A stretch of DNA of 64,000 bases from Nitrospiraceae bacterium. GTDB lineage: Bacteria; Nitrospirota; Nitrospiria; Nitrospirales; UBA2166. Under the pieces are notes generated by a model. It ran no database searches. It saw only the letters and a list, made by a program, of their open reading frames with translations, and was not told the origin of the DNA. Within the stretch, counting starts at the first letter, position 1; each line of letters begins with the position of its first letter. Below, one piece after another: positions 60,050 to 64,000 of the stretch. The position numbers were made by a program, and so were the translations under genes. The DNA lies in NCBI GenBank assembly GCA_002726235.1, contig PBSN01000008.1, positions 448,635-512,634 on the forward strand, read 5' to 3'.

Positions 60050-61558
60050 ATGAACACACGCATAAGTCAAATCGCCTATACCCCTCTAATGTGCGTTGTC
60101 CTCATCGGGATTGCCGCATTGCTTGTTCAGTGCTCGGATCAACCCGTTGAAATTTCGCCTGCTCCATTCGTACAAGAAACCCCTCCCCCTAATGATGTCA
60201 CAGTGACTTCAGCACCAATTGTTCCCGGAACCAACCTCGCTGCGGCCAATGAAACATTTATCCGCGTAGCAAAAGCAGCACGCCCAGCCGTAGTCACTAT
60301 CGTATCGGTGACAACGGCATCAGGGAACACCCCGCCAACGTCCCAATTTTTCAATGATCCGTTTTTTCGCCGTTTTTTTGGCGATGAATTCGGACGACAT
60401 CAGCAGCCACAGGAACGACGGCAACAGGGTATGGGGTCAGGCGTAATTGTCAGTTCGAACGGATATATCCTCACAAACAACCATGTCATCGACCAAGCCG
60501 ACGAAATTCGAGTACTGTTCGGAGATAAACGAGAATTTCAAGGCACATTAATTGGCACCGATCCCAAGACCGACATCGCCATCCTAAAAATTGACGCCAC
60601 AGACCTTCCCAGCCTACCGTGGGGCAATTCAGATCAGCTTCAAGTTGGCGAAATGGTCTTGGCCGTTGGAAATCCGTTTGGCCACCTGAATCAAACTGTT
60701 ACCATGGGAATTATCAGTGCGGTGGGACGTGCCAACATGGGCATCGTCGATTATGAAGACTTTATCCAAACTGACGCCGCTATTAACCCAGGTAACTCCG
60801 GTGGTGCCTTAGTCAATTTGAGCGGGGAACTTATTGGAATCAACACAGCCATTTTCAGTCGCAGTGGGGGATACATGGGGATTGGCTTTGCAATTCCAAG
60901 TCGAATGGCTAAGGCTGTGATGACCAGCCTGATCGAACATGGCGAGGTCATCCGAGGATGGCTCGGTGTGTCCATTCAAGATTTGAATCCAACGCTTGCG
61001 GAGCAGTTTAGCGCGCCAGATACCAAAGGAGTTTTGGTCGGAGACGTCATCGAAAACAGTCCTGCTGATGAGGCTGAACTTCAACGTGGCGACATCATTC
61101 GACAATATCATGGCAACGTCATCGATGACGCTGCTCACCTTCGCTCACTGGTTGCAGAAACTTCACCAAAAACCTCAGTCCATCTGATCATTCTGCGGAA
61201 TGGACAATCGCAAACGGTAGTCGTTAATATTGGAACGCTACCCAAAGACCTCACAGCACTCAGCCCCACTCAAAGGACACAAGAGACGCATCCTCTTTCT
61301 GCTATCACAGTCGCTCCCGTACCACCCGAGCATACCCGGGGAAATATTGGTGTCATAGTGCGAGACGTGACACAAGGAAGTCCCGCTCAGAGAGCGGGAT
61401 TGAGGCAAGGCGATATTCTGCTTGAGATTAATCGCGAGAAAATTTTAGACGTCCTCTCATTTAAGCAGCTGGCGAGCAGACTTGATCATCAGAAGCCAAT
61501 TTTGGTGTTGCTCCGTCGTGGCAACACGACACTTTTTATGACCATCAGTCCGAACTAA
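60050..61558 (+). CDS. Do/DegQ family serine endoprotease with two PDZ domains
   Basis: DPFFRRFFG, GSGVIV, TNNHVI, TDIAI, IQTDAAINPGNSGGAL, RGWLGV. Confidence 0.96.
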   Translation: MNTRISQIAYTPLMCVVLIGIAALLVQCSDQPVEISPAPFVQETPPPNDVTVTSAPIVPGTNLAAANETFIRVAKAARPAVVTIVSVTTASGNTPPTSQFFNDPFFRRFFGDEFGRHQQPQERRQQGMGSGVIVSSNGYILTNNHVIDQADEIRVLFGDKREFQGTLIGTDPKTDIAILKIDATDLPSLPWGNSDQLQVGEMVLAVGNPFGHLNQTVTMGIISAVGRANMGIVDYEDFIQTDAAINPGNSGGALVNLSGELIGINTAIFSRSGGYMGIGFAIPSRMAKAVMTSLIEHGEVIRGWLGVSIQDLNPTLAEQFSAPDTKGVLVGDVIENSPADEAELQRGDIIRQYHGNVIDDAAHLRSLVAETSPKTSVHLIILRNGQSQTVVVNIGTLPKDLTALSPTQRTQETHPLSAITVAPVPPEHTRGNIGVIVRDVTQGSPAQRAGLRQGDILLEINREKILDVLSFKQLASRLDHQKPILVLLRRGNTTLFMTISPN

Positions 61559-61804
61559 CCTCACTGAACTGTTTTTCGCACATCTGCTCCATCCCCTCTT
61601 TTCCATCTTAGTATCACGGCGCGTTTTTTCTGACAAAGTGATACAAAAACTTCCCCGCCAACACACCGAAAACAGATAACGCCACTTGACCTTCGAAAAT
61701 TCAGACTTATTGTTCAATCATCGATCATGCATGACGATACCTTGAAAACAATACACTCACTTCAGGGCAACAGCGTGGTGCTCTGAGTACACGGGAGGAA
61801 TATC

Positions 61805-62251
61805 ATGATTTTGACGAGATGGAACGCAAATGCTGACGTTGAACAATTATTGCAAACAGTATTCGATGACTCATACGGTACATGGGATCGATGTGACGCA
61901 CCATCAACATGGTCCCCGCACATGAACGTGCATGAAAACGGTGAGAACTTCTATGTCGAAGCTGTAATGCCTGGTCTCAACATGAATGATATTGAGATCA
62001 CGACGCATAAACAGGTACTCACGATTAGAGGCGAGCGAAAAACCAAAGACCACGACCCCAATACCTATACGATACATCTCCAAAATATCGTTCCTGGAAC
62101 CTTCTCTCGCTCTCTACGGCTTCCTGAGTACATCAATACAGATTCAGGATCCGCACAGTACGAACAGGGGATCCTCAGGCTGGCATTTCAAAAAAAAGAA
62201 GACGTCAGGCCAAAACCGATTGCCATTACATCCAATCGCAACCCGGCCTAA
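61805..62251 (+). CDS. Hsp20/alpha-crystallin small heat shock protein
   Basis: WSP, MPGL, LTIRGER, GTFSRSLRLP, AQYEQGIL, PKPIAI; GGAGG RBS. Confidence 0.92.
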   Translation: MILTRWNANADVEQLLQTVFDDSYGTWDRCDAPSTWSPHMNVHENGENFYVEAVMPGLNMNDIEITTHKQVLTIRGERKTKDHDPNTYTIHLQNIVPGTFSRSLRLPEYINTDSGSAQYEQGILRLAFQKKEDVRPKPIAITSNRNPA

Positions 62252-62254
62252 GTC

Positions 62255-62302
62255 TCACGGAGCGTGATCTGAGCCTTCCCTTTGTCAGACCACGCTCCGT
62301 GA
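62255..62302. terminator. Long hairpin between convergent hsp20 and RND genes, likely terminator
   Basis: TCACGGAGCGTGATCTGA / TCAGACCACGCTCCGTGA, 18-bp stem with one mismatch, 12-nt loop. Confidence 0.65.
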
Positions 62303-62328
62303 ATAACAAGCGTACCTCACTCTACGGC

Positions 62329-64000
62329 TCAACGTTGCCCGCTTCCAGCATCATCCTCGTTAACTCCGGGTAAAGTGAGTCCCAACACATTTGCTAATAT
62401 GCCCTTCACATCTTCAAGCACCAAATACAAGGAGGGAACAAGTACCAGAGAAATAATAGTTGAGAAGATCACTCCGAATCCCAAGGTTGCGGCCATGGGA
62501 ATAAGAAACTGTGCTTGCACGCTCTTTTCCAGCAGCATCGGTAGCAATCCAACAAAGGTGGTCAGCGAAGTCAACAAGATGGGTCGAAATCTAGCAACCC
62601 CAGCTTGATGGACAGCATCAAATATCGACCGCCCAGCCGCTCGAGTTCGATTGACAAAGTCGACTAAAACTAAGTTATCATTCACAACAACACCCGCCAG
62701 TGCCACCATGCCTACCATTGACAAGATACTTAATGCCATGCCAATGACAAGGTGGCCCATTACGGCACCCACAATTCCAAACGGAACAGCAGAAATGATA
62801 ATTAGCGGTTGCACATACGATCGTAGTGGGATTGCCATCAATGCGAAGATCCCAATTACTGCAAAGATAAAGCCGCGGCCCAAGGCCTCGAGCGACTCTT
62901 CTTGCTCACGTTGCTGGCCCTCGAAGGAATACCGCAATCCACGGTGCTCAGCCAGAAGCTCGGGTAACCAGCTATCCACTAATTCGGATACAATGGCACC
63001 GGTATCGGTTGTGGCAGTATCAACATCAGCGGTAACGTTAACCACTCGCAAACGATCGACACGATTTATGGTTGCTGGACCTCGACCAATATCAGCACTT
63101 GCAACCAAATGAAATGGCACTTCATCCCCCTCAGGCGTTCGAATCTTCATCTTCTCCAAATCACCCAATGACCGACGGTGACCTGCAGGATATCTCACCA
63201 TGACCCGAACATCATCACGACCCCGCTGAATCCTCTGCGCTTCTTCTCCATAGAATCCTTGTCGAACCTGCCGCCCAAGATCAGAAAGGGTAAGTCCAAG
63301 CGTTTCTGCGGCCGGAGTAATCGCGAGTTTGATTTCCTGTGCCCCTTCACGAAACGAGTCTGTCACTTCATACACACCCTCATAGGTTTTTAGCCTGGCT
63401 TTGAGCGTATTCGCTGCACGTCGAAGCTCTTCAGTATTTGGCCCCGCAAGTTGAACATTGATATCTTCACCAGGATCAAATAATGACGAGGTAAAGGTCA
63501 AATCCACTGCATCAGGAATGGGTCCAGTCAACGCTCTCCACCGATTGACAATTTCTTGACTACTCATGGTGCGTTCTTCCGATGGCACCAGCTCAATAGT
63601 AACCTCACCCAAATTCGAGCCGGAAAACACTTCTGCTCGTCCCATATTCATCCGTTGCGTTGTCCGATACGGTTGCTCACCAATCGCTCCCATAATGTGA
63701 CGAAAGACCTCACGTTGATCATCATCGCGCCCCCCCTCAACTACTTCGCGTAAAGCGAGAGCACTCCGCTCTAACTGCGCAACGGCCTTTGCCGTCACAT
63801 CCGCCGGCGTTCCTTGCGGCATAGTCAACATGGCAACGGCATAATCTGCCTCCACGTTCGGCATGAACACAAACTTGACCCATCCACCAAACACTAACCC
63901 AAGGATGAGAAAGAACACTGCAACAAATGTCGATACAGTGACATACCGCCAATGCAAAGCCCAAACCAATCCAGGACGATAGATATGCTCAATGACCCAA
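62329..64000 (-). CDS. AcrB/AcrD/AcrF family RND permease, C-terminal half (5' end lies outside the window)
   Basis: VPFGIVGA, GMVALAGVVVND, RFRPILLTSLTT, FLIPMA motifs. Confidence 0.92.
   Translation of the reverse strand, partial: WVIEHIYRPGLVWALHWRYVTVSTFVAVFFLILGLVFGGWVKFVFMPNVEADYAVAMLTMPQGTPADVTAKAVAQLERSALALREVVEGGRDDDQREVFRHIMGAIGEQPYRTTQRMNMGRAEVFSGSNLGEVTIELVPSEERTMSSQEIVNRWRALTGPIPDAVDLTFTSSLFDPGEDINVQLAGPNTEELRRAANTLKARLKTYEGVYEVTDSFREGAQEIKLAITPAAETLGLTLSDLGRQVRQGFYGEEAQRIQRGRDDVRVMVRYPAGHRRSLGDLEKMKIRTPEGDEVPFHLVASADIGRGPATINRVDRLRVVNVTADVDTATTDTGAIVSELVDSWLPELLAEHRGLRYSFEGQQREQEESLEALGRGFIFAVIGIFALMAIPLRSYVQPLIIISAVPFGIVGAVMGHLVIGMALSILSMVGMVALAGVVVNDNLVLVDFVNRTRAAGRSIFDAVHQAGVARFRPILLTSLTTFVGLLPMLLEKSVQAQFLIPMAATLGFGVIFSTIISLVLVPSLYLVLEDVKGILANVLGLTLPGVNEDDAGSGQR

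Noticed and set aside
2..61558. Two similar htrA genes as a recent duplication or element boundary
   Set aside because: Similarity is limited to protease motifs with many synonymous differences and divergent PDZ regions, as expected for old paralogues
61559..61804. CIRCE heat-shock operator upstream of hsp20
   Set aside because: No TTAGCACTC-N9-GAGTGCTAA match found by eye
1..64000. tRNA, rRNA, tmRNA, prophage or integrase
   Set aside because: No cloverleaf, rRNA-like tract, or phage/integrase motif was recognised by eye; a covariance-model scan would be needed to exclude small RNAs

Overview
A gene-dense bacterial chromosomal segment with no rRNA, tRNA, CRISPR array or intact transposase seen. 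It is most likely from a Nitrospirota (Nitrospirales-like) genome, inferred from the gene order as I recall it (htrA-tatC-moeA-mobB; nadA-ileS-lspA-rluD; yebC-ruvA-ruvB) and from two decayed copies of an interspersed repeat resembling the Nitrospira-type element. Housekeeping genes (ileS, lspA, rluD, nadA, ruvA/B, glgC, rfbC, pdxB, rnd, arfB, yajQ, rlmD-like) alternate with accessory loci. The most striking locus is a minus-strand cluster at 6709-11670. It encodes a split ComD/ComE-like (sulfo- or phosphono-pyruvate) decarboxylase, an AEP-type transaminase, a PntC/LicC-type cytidylyltransferase, a stand-alone QW-repeat terpene-cyclase/prenyltransferase-fold protein and a CDP-alcohol phosphotransferase, with no PEP mutase in the window. 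It is a candidate pathway for an unusual phosphono- or sulfono-lipid, possibly terpenoid-linked. Other notable items are a beta-propeller/di-heme cytochrome c fusion and a metzincin protease that share a related CARDB-like domain, a DUF350/membrane aminopropyltransferase operon, a secreted ankyrin protein, an orphan TatT and an orphan PD-(D/E)XK-like protein. Signs of local erosion include two pseudogene remnants, no ruvC beside yebC/ruvA, and long unexplained spacers. All family calls come from motif recognition by eye, not from database searches.
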